Source: an uncultured delta proteobacterium (GTDB lineage Bacteria > Myxococcota_A > Polyangia > Fen-1088). Taken from it: DNA of 64,000 bases. The stretch spans positions 96,001 to 160,000 of the forward strand of contig CAVYGB010000013.1 of NCBI GenBank assembly GCA_963767925.1, given 5' to 3'. Each line of letters starts with the position of its first letter. Within the stretch, counting starts at the first letter, position 1. The notes beneath the pieces were generated by a model. That model was not told where the DNA came from. It did no database searches and worked only from the letters and a program-made list of their open reading frames with translations. This document shows, one piece after another, positions 38,790 to 49,988 of this stretch. The translations under genes and the position numbers were made by a program.

Positions 38790-38975
38790 ATGTCCATGAC
38801 CGCTCTTCGTCAAGCTGCTTTCGGCGCCCGTCGGCTCTACACCGTCGGCAATGGGTCCGAGGGCAAGCGGGCCGAAAAGGGCAGCTCGGACGCGCAGACC
38901 GATCGCGACGCCCGCGACAACCAGGTGGCCCTCGAGCCGCACTGGCAGGCCGCGATCGACTCCGCCACGGACTAG
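38790..38975 (+). CDS. 61-aa hypothetical protein ending EPHWQAAIDSATD
   Basis: AGGAGG RBS, host codon usage, sigma-54-like promoter. Confidence 0.6.
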   Translation: MSMTALRQAAFGARRLYTVGNGSEGKRAEKGSSDAQTDRDARDNQVALEPHWQAAIDSATD

Positions 38976-39102
38976 CTCCGCCGCCTGGCTGCAGCCGCGC
39001 CAGGCCCCAGATTTCCAGAGGGGAGGGCAGCGGCGCCGAGGTCGACTTGCCATTGCCTCGGCGCCCTGTTCCTCCCTCTTTTTTTTCCGGCGGGAGGGTC
39101 GG

Positions 39103-39999
39103 CTACCTTGCCCGATTCGCTGCGCTGGCTCTGGCGCGATCACCGCTCGCCCCCCGCGCCGGCTGCGCCCCCCACCACCACCGCAGGTCGATGACCGGCA
39201 GCAGGAGGTTGGACCGGACCGGCCGGCCAGCCTCGTCGACCGCGTGCTGGTAGTCGTTCCAGGCGTACACCCCCAGCACCAGGCGGGTGCGGGCCCCCAG
39301 GGCCAGATCCAGGCCCAGCCCGGCCCGGACGGTGAGGCGGGAGAGAAAGCCGCGGGTGTGGTCCTCGTCGACCCCGTGCAGGTAGAGGTCGGCAGAGACG
39401 CGCCAGCGCAAGCGCTGGCCCAGGGCCCGGTCGAACAGGGCCCCCAGCCGTCCCCGGTACCCCGCCAGCACCGGATCGAAGACCAGGTCGAGGGGCGCCA
39501 GGCTCTCGAGCGGTCGGGCATCCGTCGCCACCAGGGGGACGCCGACCGCCACCTCCGCGCGCGCGGTCAGCACCGCCCGCTCGCTCCCGTGGCTGGCCAG
39601 CAGCCCCACCCGCGGCACGAGCGTCCAGCCCACCTCGCCGCCACCCCGCTCCCAGGAGGGGAAGAGGTGCCCCTGCAGCAGGCGCATCGCCGGCGAGGGG
39701 AGCGCCAGCCCGTATTGTCCGGTGAGCTGCCAGGGCCCCGCCTGCAGGTGCCGCACGCTGGCCTCGAGGTGGGGAGCGGCGAAGAAGAGCAGGGGGTGGG
39801 CGGCCAGCTCGACCCGGTCGTTGACCGCGTAGCGCAGGGGGCTCCACACCCCGGCGGTCCAGCGGCCGGCCGGGGCGGTGCGGGCCTGGTCGCGCGCCTC
39901 GAGCAGCGGCCCGCCGCCGTCGGTGCCGGCCCGCGCCCGGGGGCTGGCGCTCGCGAGCGCCGCCAGCAGGATCGCGCGCGCCAGCGCCCGCGACTTCAC
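39103..39999 (-). CDS. Exported hypothetical protein (beta-strand rich, possibly outer membrane)
   Basis: Signal peptide; GTG start overlaps the upstream stop; amphipathic strands ending DLRWWW. Confidence 0.6.
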   Translation of the reverse strand: MKSRALARAILLAALASASPRARAGTDGGGPLLEARDQARTAPAGRWTAGVWSPLRYAVNDRVELAAHPLLFFAAPHLEASVRHLQAGPWQLTGQYGLALPSPAMRLLQGHLFPSWERGGGEVGWTLVPRVGLLASHGSERAVLTARAEVAVGVPLVATDARPLESLAPLDLVFDPVLAGYRGRLGALFDRALGQRLRWRVSADLYLHGVDEDHTRGFLSRLTVRAGLGLDLALGARTRLVLGVYAWNDYQHAVDEAGRPVRSNLLLPVIDLRWWWGAQPARGASGDRARASAANRAR

Positions 40000-41147
40000 G
40001 GCGCCACCTGCCAGGTCCCCACCACCGGGCAGTGGTCGGACAGCAGCATCGGGTCGGCGCCGATGCCGAGCCGCCCCGGCTCCTGCAAGGTGTCGGTGCT
40101 CCCCTCCTGCCAGCTCGAGGGCGGCTTCACGAACAGGTAGTCGAGCGTACGGGTCCAGAAGCCGGGCTCGCCCCTCGCCCCCACCCGGTCCCGGCCGATC
40201 ACGCTGTGGGTGAAGTGCTGGCGCTGGCTCTCCAGGGTGGTGCCGTAGCGCTCGCGCGAGATGGCCGCCACGTAGTCCTCGTAAAACGGGGTCATGTCCC
40301 CGAGCTGGTAGGGGGGCTGGGCGAACTCGGTGCCCCGGGACTCCGGGTGCTCGTCGTTGAAGTCCACCGAGCGCAGCGAGCCGGGCGGGATGGCGTTGAA
40401 GTCGCCGCCCACGACGAAGGGCAGGCGCTCCTCGGCCAGCACCTCCCGGATCTCCCGGAGCTGGCGCGACTTGGTGCCGTCGGTGTCGTAGGCCTCGGTG
40501 TGCACGACCAGGGCCGCCACCTCCTGCCCGCCGAGGTCGAGCACCGCCCGGCCGATGGCCCGGTGGATGTAGAAGGCGGCGGTGGCGGGGTCCTGGTCGG
40601 TGCGATCGGACTGCGGGATCCGCTCGGCCGCGCGGATCGGGTAGCGGGAGAAGATGGCGTTGCCCAGATCCATGCGGCCCAGGCCCTCCGAGGCGATGTA
40701 GCGGCTGCGCCAGGTCGAGACGTAGGCCACCTGGGACAGGCCGGTGCGGGCCAGGATCTCCCGCACCATGTTCACGTAGGCCGAGCGGCGCGAGTTGACC
40801 TCGATCTCCTCGACCAGCAGGAGGTCGGGGTTCACCTCGTTGATGAGCGCCACCAGCCCCTGCAGGTTGGACTCGACCTCGGCGCGGGTCATCTGTACGC
40901 GGTCGCCCCACATGTCGAACCAGAAGTCGATCCGCCCGCCCGCGAACTTCAGGTTCCAGGCCATCACCTTGAGACGGCCTCCGGGCGGGGGCGGCGGGAT
41001 CACCGATCCGGGCTCGACCTCGACCCGCACCGGCCCGGGTAGCTCCCAGGTGGTGAAAAGTGGTTCACACCCAGATGCCACAAGAAAAACGACAAACGTC
41101 GTGAGCCAGCCCGATGCGGTGCCAGGCCGCAGCAGCCTTGATTTCAT
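39996..41147 (-). CDS. Endonuclease/exonuclease/phosphatase-family lipoprotein
   Basis: MAWNLK, LLVEE, GNAIFSRYP, GGDFN, LDY, SDH. Confidence 0.88.
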   Translation of the reverse strand: MKSRLLRPGTASGWLTTFVVFLVASGCEPLFTTWELPGPVRVEVEPGSVIPPPPPGGRLKVMAWNLKFAGGRIDFWFDMWGDRVQMTRAEVESNLQGLVALINEVNPDLLLVEEIEVNSRRSAYVNMVREILARTGLSQVAYVSTWRSRYIASEGLGRMDLGNAIFSRYPIRAAERIPQSDRTDQDPATAAFYIHRAIGRAVLDLGGQEVAALVVHTEAYDTDGTKSRQLREIREVLAEERLPFVVGGDFNAIPPGSLRSVDFNDEHPESRGTEFAQPPYQLGDMTPFYEDYVAAISRERYGTTLESQRQHFTHSVIGRDRVGARGEPGFWTRTLDYLFVKPPSSWQEGSTDTLQEPGRLGIGADPMLLSDHCPVVGTWQVAP

Positions 41148-41264
41148 GGAGCTTTTTCCCCGTCTCTCGGTAGGACATGTCTTCCTGTGGAAAACGTTTC
41201 GCGTCGTCCGACCCGGGCTTGCGAGCACCTTCACGGCAGCACAAAATGTGAGACTCAGGTCGAG

Positions 41265-42650
41265 ATGGCCCGTCGCGGTAGCAATTACGAAGATACCCGG
41301 ACCGACTGTGACACCACCAGGCTTCCAGCTCGTGCCGTCCCCGTCCTGATCGTTGTCGGCGACGCGGCCCGGCTGGGAGCCAGCCGCGCCATCATGCGCA
41401 TTCAGGGGTCGCTCCAGATCGGGAGGGCACCCGATGCGCCACCCGAGCAGGCCTGGGCCCTGGAAGACGACCGGGTGTCGCGCCGGCACGCCCTGATCGA
41501 GATCGAGTCGCCCGGCCGCGCCTACATCCGGGACCTCGGCAGCCGCAACGGCACCCTGATCGACGGCCGCTCGGTCGGGCCCGAGCCCTGCCAGCTCAAC
41601 CCCGGGTCGATCGTCTCCTTCGGCACCCACGTGGCGATCTTCCGCTTCGCCGCCGAGACCGACCTGGAGGCGATGGAGCAGGACTTCCTCACCCCCTTCA
41701 CGCCGGTGGCCACCGCCTCGCCGGCGCTCGCCCGCAAGACCATGATCCTCCGCCACCTGGCCAAGGGAAACGACGACCTGCTGATCGTCGGCGAGACCGG
41801 GGTCGGCAAGGAGGAGTTCGCCCGGGCGATCCACGCGGTCAGCGGCCGCTGGGGCAAGTTCGTGGCCATCAACTGCGCCGCCCTGCCGGGGTCGCTGATC
41901 GAGAGCGAGCTGTTCGGCTACGTCAAGGGCGCCCACTCGCAGGCCAACCGGGACAAGCTCGGCCTGATCGACGAGGCCGAACACGGCACCCTCTTCCTCG
42001 ACGAGTTCGCCGAGATCACCATGGAGGTGCAGGCCAAGCTGCTGCGCTTCCTGGAGAACAAGGACATGCAGGCGCTCGGCTCGACGAAGTCCCGCCGCAT
42101 CGACACCCGCATCCTCGCCGCCACGAACCGGGAGATGGGCGCCCTGCGGGCCGACATCGCCGCCCGGCTGGGGCCCGAGCCGATCCGCCTGCCGCCCCTG
42201 CGCGACCGGCCCGAGGACATCGGCGCCCTGGCCAGCCACTTCCTGCGCGACCGGCCCGGCCTGGGCCTGGAAGTCTCGGCCTTCCAGGCTCTGTGCCTGC
42301 ACGACTGGCCAGACAACGTGCGCGGCCTGCGCAAGGCCATCACCCGCGCCGCCGACCTGGCCGGCGCCCAGGGCGCCTCCCTGATCGGGCTCGATCATCT
42401 GCCCGAGGGGCTCGGCCGGCGGACCATCCCGGCGGCCCCCCTCGCCGGGATCCCCGAGCCATCCGAGGTGGCCCGCGCCGGCTCGCGCCGCCGCCCCCGC
42501 GCCGCCCCCACCAAGGAGGAGCTGCAGGCCCTGCTCGAGCGGCACGACTGGGTCGTGGCCCAGGCCGCCCGCGAGCTCGACCGCGACCACGCCATCGTGT
42601 GGCGCTGGATCAAGCGCTACGGCCTCGAGGCCCACAAGGCTCAGGCCTGA
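41265..42650 (+). CDS. FHA-domain sigma-54-type activator (FHA-AAA+-HTH)
   Basis: GR, SRRH, DLGSRNGT; GETGVGKE, ESELFG, GAHSQA, TLFLDE, AATN, WPDNVR. Confidence 0.9.
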   Translation: MARRGSNYEDTRTDCDTTRLPARAVPVLIVVGDAARLGASRAIMRIQGSLQIGRAPDAPPEQAWALEDDRVSRRHALIEIESPGRAYIRDLGSRNGTLIDGRSVGPEPCQLNPGSIVSFGTHVAIFRFAAETDLEAMEQDFLTPFTPVATASPALARKTMILRHLAKGNDDLLIVGETGVGKEEFARAIHAVSGRWGKFVAINCAALPGSLIESELFGYVKGAHSQANRDKLGLIDEAEHGTLFLDEFAEITMEVQAKLLRFLENKDMQALGSTKSRRIDTRILAATNREMGALRADIAARLGPEPIRLPPLRDRPEDIGALASHFLRDRPGLGLEVSAFQALCLHDWPDNVRGLRKAITRAADLAGAQGASLIGLDHLPEGLGRRTIPAAPLAGIPEPSEVARAGSRRRPRAAPTKEELQALLERHDWVVAQAARELDRDHAIVWRWIKRYGLEAHKAQA

Positions 42651-42674
42651 GCTCGTCAAGCCGCCGACCTCCGG

Positions 42675-44084
<1,410 letters not shown>

Positions 44085-44143
44085 CCTGCCCAGTTTAGCA
44101 GTCTGTGACCTCGATCGAACCGGCCCGAACCTGCCGAAGATCC

Positions 44144-47100
44144 CTACAATTCCGCACTTCCGGCCGCTCCGGACAGGCCGGCGATCCGCTGCCCGATCCG
44201 GCCGGCCATGACGTTGGGGATGCGGGCGCAGACGGCGAGGGCCTCCTGCCAGAACCGGCGGGCGGCGGCGCGGTCCTGCCGGTTCGTGGCCTCGAGGCCA
44301 GCCAGCTCCAGCACCTCGATCAGCTCCTGGCCCTGGGCCACCGCGCGGGCGCGGCCGACCAGCGCCGCCCAGCCGGCGTCGTCGCCGCCGTGGACCAGCA
44401 GGGTGGCCATGTCGAGCAGGAGCTTGTCGTTCGGCAGCAGCAGGAGGTCGTGCGCGCTCCGGTCGCGGGCCTGAGCCTGCTGGCGGTGCACCTCCTCGAC
44501 CACCCGGGCCGCCTCTTGCCGCTGGTTCTGGGCCCACAGGATGCGAGCGAGCAGCACCGAGCCGTCGGGCCGGTACCCCCCCTGCCAGAAGTGGCGCTCG
44601 TCGACCTCGATCCAGCGGCGGGCGTAGGGCAGGGCCTCGTCGAGCTCGCCTCGCCAGTAGAGGAAGTAGGCGGCGTTCTGGTTGCCGAGCCGCTCGAGGT
44701 TGGCGTTGCCCATGCGGCGGGCGTTGTCCAGCACGCGCTGGTTGTACACCCGGAAGCGGGCCGGATCGTTGCGGGCGATCCAGAGGCAGGACCAGTTGTT
44801 CCACACCCCCGCCAGGTGCAGCTCGTCGCCCTTGGCCTCGCACAGCCGCTGCGCCCGGGTCAGCCGCTGCTCGGCCTCGTCGGCCTGACCGAGGAAGGGG
44901 AGCAGGAAGCCGAGCATCATGTCGGCCACCACCTGCACCTCGTAGCCGGCGTCGCCGGCCTGCTCGGCCAGGCTGGAGGCCGCCCGCAGGGCCGCCGCCG
45001 CCTCCGGGTCCCGGTTGAAGCGCTGGGCGGAGCGGCCGAGCGCCATCAGCACCCGGGCCTGCAGGGCCAGCGCGGGCTCGGCGAGACCTTCGGCCAGGGC
45101 CTGCGCCTGCTCGGCGAGCTCGCGCGAGCGCTGCCACTCGAACAGCCAGTCGAGCGCCTCCGCCTCGTCGAGCAGCACCTCGACCTGGGTGCGGCGGTCG
45201 TCGCCCTGGAAGGCGAGGGCCCGGGCCTGGGCCAGGTCGTCCCGCGAGCCCTCGTGGCGGGCCACCCGGTAGCGCATGATCCCCCGGCCCTGGAAGGCGC
45301 GCAGCCGGTTGCCGAGGTCAGCCTCCTCGAGCTGGCCGAGGGCCCGCGAATACAGGAGGTCGGCGTCGAAGTAGGCGTGGCGCTGGCGGGCCGCCTCGGC
45401 GAGGGTGAGGTAGGCGGCGGCCGCCTCCTGGCGCGCGCCGAGGGCGGCGGCGTGCCAGGCCAGGCGGGGCAGGCGGGTGGTGTCGGGCAGATCGGCGCTC
45501 CGGTAGTAGCCGAGGGCGGCCCGATGCAGCCGGTTGCCCAGCGCCTCGGCCACCGTGCGGGCCACCGCCTCGCGCATCATCTCGTTGCGGAACACGAAGC
45601 GCTCGCCCCGCCGGCGCACCAGCAGGCCCAGCTCCTCGAGGCGCGACATGCCTACCTGGGCGTCGAGCGGGAACAAATCGGCCAGCTCCCCCTCCATCGC
45701 CGCCAGCACCCCCGCCAGCTCCTCGCCGGTCAGCTCGTGGGCCAGGACCGACAGCAGGCGGGCGTGCGCCGCCAGGGCCTGCGGCAGCTCGTCCAGCTCG
45801 CGGCTGGCCAGCCACTCGAACAGCGGCGAGTCGGAGATCCGATCGAGGACCTCGCTGGCGACGTAGTAGGCGCCCCCCGCCTGCTCGCGCACCAGCCCCT
45901 GCTGGCGCAGGCCACGGATCAGATCGCACAGCAGCAGCGGGATCGACTGGGCCCGATCGACCAGGCGCTGGATGAGCGTCTCGGGGATCTGGCTGGCGGG
46001 CGCGAGGAGCTGGCGGCACAGCGAGGCGGCGCTGGCCGGATCGAGCGGACCCAGGCGCAAGGTGTGGGCGCCGGCGGCCCGTTGCCCCCAGGTGGGCCGG
46101 CTGTCGGCGAACCCCGGGCGGCCCAGGGCGCACACCCACAGCGGCAGCTCGGAAACGGTGGCCTGCTCCAGCGTGTCGAGCAGGGTGTCGTCGGCCCAGT
46201 GGGCGTCGTCGAGCAGCACAAGCACCGGCTGGCCGGCGGCCAGCCGGAGCAGCGCCGTCACGCCGGCCCGGGCGGCGTTGGCCCGCAGGGCGCCGGGGGC
46301 GGCCTGCAACGAGAGCACCGCCGGGTGATCCGGAGGGATCCAGCCGAGCAGCAGGGCGGCGGCGGTGGCGGGCTCGGCGGCGTCCAGGCCCAGCCGCTCG
46401 ACGAGCAGGGCCCGGCCGTCCCCCACCGCGGGCAGGGCGGGCAGGTCGAGGGTCCGCCGCAGCAGCCCGGCCAGCGCCTCGTCGGCGCCGTTGCCGAGCG
46501 GCTCGCGCGCGACGAGCTCGATCACCTCGGCGCCCGGCGCCTCGGCGCGCAGCCGCCGGGCGAGCTCGGCGGCCAGGCGGGTCTTGCCCAGGCCCGGCTC
46601 GGCCAGCACCCGGGCCGCCCGCGGCCGGCGCTCGGCCAGCGCCCGCTGGGCCTCGGCCACCAGCGCCTGCAGGTCGGCGTCGCGGCCGGCCAGGGGCAGC
46701 GCCGCTTCCGGGAGCGGCCGCTCGGCCACCCGCGTGCGATCGAGGTCGGGGGCGAGGGGGAGGTAGTGCTGGGGGCGGTCCGCGACCGCCTGGCAGGGCA
46801 CCGCCGACAGGATGCTGCGCGCGGAGGCGGTGAGGAGGATGGCCCGGGGATCGCCGGCGGTGGGGAAGCGCGACTCCTGCGCGAAGATCGGGCTCGAGAG
46901 CCGGGCGGGGCCGTCGGGGCGCGGGCGGGCGACGATCGTGTCGACGTCGACGATGAGCCGGGCGGCCAGCCCCCGGGCCATCAGCACCTGGGCGGCGGCG
47001 TAGGCCCGCTGTCCCGGGTGGTCGCCGGCCCGGTGGGTGAAGGCGCAGACGCAGCGGCCGGGCGTGACGTGGGCGAGCTGGCCGCCGAAGGGGTCGAGCG

Positions 47101-48175
47101 CGCTCTGGATGTCGGTGGGGGCTCCGCCGTCGGTGAGCAGGAAGAGCAGGGCCGCCTTCTGGCGCGCGCCCGCCGGCGCCGAGCGCCGGGCGCCCCCGCG
47201 CTCGGGCCCGCCCGGGGTGGCCAGCGCCGGGGCGTCGGCCGGCGCCTCCTCGGGCGCGCCGAGCGCCTCCTCGAAGGCGCCCAGCAGGGTGACCGCGTCG
47301 GCGAAGCGCTGCGCGGGGTCCTTGGCCAGGCAGCGCCGGATCAGCTCGTCGATCGCCGGCGGCAGCGCCACGAAGCGCGAGGGGGCGGGGGCCCGGAACG
47401 ACAGGTGGGCATACTCCAGCTCGCGGCGCTCGCCGACGAAGGGGGGCCGCAGGGTGTAGAGCTCGAACAGGATGACGCCGAGGCCGTACACGTCGGAGCG
47501 GGCGTCGGCGTCCTGGCCGGTGATCTGCTCGGGGGCCATGTATTCGGGCGTGCCCGCCCCCGCGTCGGTCAAGCTGCGCTCGCCGTCCGGCGTCGCCGCC
47601 CCCAGCGCCAGGCCGAAGTCGATCAGCCGGACCAGCGGCCAGGGATCGCCCGCGGTGAGGAAGACGTTCTCCGGCTTGAGGTCCCGGTGCAGGACGTGCC
47701 TCCGATGCAGGGCCGCGACCGCGGTCAGCACCCCGCGGGCCACCGCGGCCGCCTGGGCCAGCGCCGGTCGCGCCGGCCAGGACAGGAGCTCTTCGTCCAG
47801 GGTGCGGCCCTGCAGGCGCTCGGTGGTCAGGTAAGCCCGCCCGTCGGCGAGGGCGCCCCAGCCGGCCACTGCCGGCACGTGGGGCGGGCCCACCCGGGCC
47901 AGCAGCTCGGCCTCGCGCCGCATGCGCTGGCGGACCCGCGCGTCGGCGGCGTGGCTCACCTTCAGCGCGACCAGCTCGCCGTCCCCGGTGCGGGCGAGCC
48001 AGACCGACCCGAAGCCGCCCTGGCCGATGCGCCCCTCGACCCGGTGGCCCGCCAGCTCGGGCGCCACCGGTTCGACCACCTCCCCGGCCGGGTCCGCCGC
48101 GGGTGCCGGGGCGCCGTCGCCCGGGCAGGTGGCCCCGGGCGCGACCCGCCGGTGACAGCGCGGACAGCGCGACAT
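44144..48175 (-). CDS. Ser/Thr kinase - P-loop (STAND-like) ATPase - TPR protein
   Basis: GQGGFGSV, HRDLKPEN, DFG, GTPEYMAPE; AEPGLGKT, LLDDAHWAD; helical repeats. Confidence 0.9.
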   Translation of the reverse strand: MSRCPRCHRRVAPGATCPGDGAPAPAADPAGEVVEPVAPELAGHRVEGRIGQGGFGSVWLARTGDGELVALKVSHAADARVRQRMRREAELLARVGPPHVPAVAGWGALADGRAYLTTERLQGRTLDEELLSWPARPALAQAAAVARGVLTAVAALHRRHVLHRDLKPENVFLTAGDPWPLVRLIDFGLALGAATPDGERSLTDAGAGTPEYMAPEQITGQDADARSDVYGLGVILFELYTLRPPFVGERRELEYAHLSFRAPAPSRFVALPPAIDELIRRCLAKDPAQRFADAVTLLGAFEEALGAPEEAPADAPALATPGGPERGGARRSAPAGARQKAALLFLLTDGGAPTDIQSALDPFGGQLAHVTPGRCVCAFTHRAGDHPGQRAYAAAQVLMARGLAARLIVDVDTIVARPRPDGPARLSSPIFAQESRFPTAGDPRAILLTASARSILSAVPCQAVADRPQHYLPLAPDLDRTRVAERPLPEAALPLAGRDADLQALVAEAQRALAERRPRAARVLAEPGLGKTRLAAELARRLRAEAPGAEVIELVAREPLGNGADEALAGLLRRTLDLPALPAVGDGRALLVERLGLDAAEPATAAALLLGWIPPDHPAVLSLQAAPGALRANAARAGVTALLRLAAGQPVLVLLDDAHWADDTLLDTLEQATVSELPLWVCALGRPGFADSRPTWGQRAAGAHTLRLGPLDPASAASLCRQLLAPASQIPETLIQRLVDRAQSIPLLLCDLIRGLRQQGLVREQAGGAYYVASEVLDRISDSPLFEWLASRELDELPQALAAHARLLSVLAHELTGEELAGVLAAMEGELADLFPLDAQVGMSRLEELGLLVRRRGERFVFRNEMMREAVARTVAEALGNRLHRAALGYYRSADLPDTTRLPRLAWHAAALGARQEAAAAYLTLAEAARQRHAYFDADLLYSRALGQLEEADLGNRLRAFQGRGIMRYRVARHEGSRDDLAQARALAFQGDDRRTQVEVLLDEAEALDWLFEWQRSRELAEQAQALAEGLAEPALALQARVLMALGRSAQRFNRDPEAAAALRAASSLAEQAGDAGYEVQVVADMMLGFLLPFLGQADEAEQRLTRAQRLCEAKGDELHLAGVWNNWSCLWIARNDPARFRVYNQRVLDNARRMGNANLERLGNQNAAYFLYWRGELDEALPYARRWIEVDERHFWQGGYRPDGSVLLARILWAQNQRQEAARVVEEVHRQQAQARDRSAHDLLLLPNDKLLLDMATLLVHGGDDAGWAALVGRARAVAQGQELIEVLELAGLEATNRQDRAAARRFWQEALAVCARIPNVMAGRIGQRIAGLSGAAGSAEL

Positions 48176-48279
48176 TCCGGTCCTTCTACCACCGGCAGAC
48201 ATCGGCCGATTCGACACACAGCGGCGGGATCGGCCCCTCCGCGGTTCAGCGCCAATGCAATCTGGTCAGGTCCGTCAAC

Positions 48280-48397
48280 CCTCTCCCCGCGGTCCGCCGT
48301 GAGGAGAGGGCAGGGTGAGGGGCGGTTGCCGCGCCGTGGGCCCCTCCCCGTCGCGCGGACGCGCCGACCTCTCCCCACGACAGACCGCGGGGAGAGG
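48280..48397. repeat. REP-like palindromic element
   Basis: Perfect 15-bp IR CCTCTCCCCGCGGTC...GACCGCGGGGAGAGG with internal GGAGAGGGCAGGGTGAGGGG. Confidence 0.7.
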
Positions 48398-48458
48398 TGA
48401 TGTTCCGGCGTGCCGCGGGAGAGGCGGACTCGCTCGGTTGACCGATCGGATACGACGC

Positions 48459-48947
48459 TCAGCGCCCGCTGGAGCGCGCCAGAGGGACGAAGTCGGGGCC
48501 TTCGCCCGCGCCGACCGCCGCCAGGGCCGAGTGCAGGGCCGGGACCGCGTACGCCAGGCGCCCTTCGCAGGTCGGCAGGCGCAGGCTGCGGCGGGTGGCC
48601 TCCACGCCGGTGGGCGTCTTCTGGATGAGCAGCAGCTCGAGGCCGGGATCGGGGGTATGGGCCGGCAGGGCCCAGGCCACGGTGACGCTGTCCTCGTGGG
48701 CCTGCACCGCCACCCCCGGCCTCCCCGGCAGCGGCACCGGCTCGGGCTCGATCGCCGCGCCGGCGGTGTGGCCCCCGGACTGCTCGAGCGCCGACAGCCG
48801 GCCGTTCCAGTCGGGGCAACGCTCCGACTCCGGGTGGCCGTCGACGAGCCGGCGGTAGATCGCGATCGCCTCCTGCAGCCGCCCCTGCGAAGCGCACAGC
48901 TCGGCCATGGTCTCGGTCTCGAAGAGCGTGTCGCCGCCGATGTTCAT
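48459..48947 (-). CDS. Hypothetical protein with N-terminal TPR-like motif
   Basis: TETMAELCASQGRLQEAIAIYRRL; coupled to ribF. Confidence 0.65.
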   Translation of the reverse strand: MNIGGDTLFETETMAELCASQGRLQEAIAIYRRLVDGHPESERCPDWNGRLSALEQSGGHTAGAAIEPEPVPLPGRPGVAVQAHEDSVTVAWALPAHTPDPGLELLLIQKTPTGVEATRRSLRLPTCEGRLAYAVPALHSALAAVGAGEGPDFVPLARSSGR

Positions 48948-49897
48948 CCCAGCACCTCCCGCGTCCGGCTCACATCCCGCCCGATCTGCGCGATCAGCGC
49001 CTCCACCGTGTCGAAGCGGCGCTCGTCGCGCAGGCGGGTCGCGAACAGCAACCGCATCCGGGCGCCGTACAGATCGCCGCCCGGGTAGTCGAGCAGGTGC
49101 GCCTCCACCGTCAGGCGCGCAACCTCTCCCACCTGGAAGGTGGGGTTGGTGCCGATGCTCACCGCCGCCCGGAGCTCACCGCCGCCGTCCAGGAGCTGGG
49201 CGCGGGCGGCGTAGATGCCGGTGCGGAAGGCGGGGTCCTCCCCCTCGGGCTGCAGGTTGGCGGTGGCGAAGCCGAGACCCCGGCCGCGGCCGGCGCCGCG
49301 CACCACCACCCCGGTGATCTCGGGCGGGCGTCCCAGCAGCAAGGCCGCCCCCTCGATCCGTCCCTCCAGCAGGAACTCGCGGATCTTCGTCGACGAGCAG
49401 TGCATCCCCTCGGCCGTCACCGGAGAGACCACCGTGACGCCGAAGCCGCGCGCGCGTCCGAGGTCGACCAGCATGGCGGCCGTGCCGGCCCGCCGGTGCC
49501 CGAAGCTGAAGTCGTAGCCGACCACCACGTGGCCCACGCCGAGCGCCTCCACCAGCACCTGGTCGACGAAGGCCACCGGCGGCAGGGCGGCCAGCTCGGC
49601 GTCGAAGCGCTCTACCACCGCGAAGTCGGCGCCCGCCTCGCCCAGCAGCTCGATCCGCCGGGCGAGGGGCAGCAGCAGGGGGGGCGCCAGCGCGGGCGCG
49701 AAGAAGCGGGCGGGGTGGGGATCGAAGGTCAGCACGCCGGCCAGCACGCGCCGGCTGTCGGCCTCGGTGCGGGCAGCGGCTACCAGCGCCTGGTGTCCGC
49801 GGTGGACGCCATCGAAGTTGCCGATGGCGACGGCCGGCGATCGGGGCGCCTGCCCGAGATCCGCGACCAGCCGTGCGCGGCCCCGAGCGACCCTCAT
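48944..49897 (-). CDS. ribF: Bifunctional riboflavin kinase/FAD synthetase
   Basis: GNFDGVHRGH, TFDPHP, VGYDFSFG, SSTKIR, GRGLGFATAN, GTNPTF, EAHLLD. Confidence 0.95.
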   Translation of the reverse strand: MRVARGRARLVADLGQAPRSPAVAIGNFDGVHRGHQALVAAARTEADSRRVLAGVLTFDPHPARFFAPALAPPLLLPLARRIELLGEAGADFAVVERFDAELAALPPVAFVDQVLVEALGVGHVVVGYDFSFGHRRAGTAAMLVDLGRARGFGVTVVSPVTAEGMHCSSTKIREFLLEGRIEGAALLLGRPPEITGVVVRGAGRGRGLGFATANLQPEGEDPAFRTGIYAARAQLLDGGGELRAAVSIGTNPTFQVGEVARLTVEAHLLDYPGGDLYGARMRLLFATRLRDERRFDTVEALIAQIGRDVSRTREVLG

Positions 49898-49988
49898 GTT
49901 CACCGGATATACGTTGCGCCGAAGGTCGGTCAAGCACAACCGTGGCCAGGAACTCGACAAGGGTCCCGAAACGGCTTTCGATGTGGGC

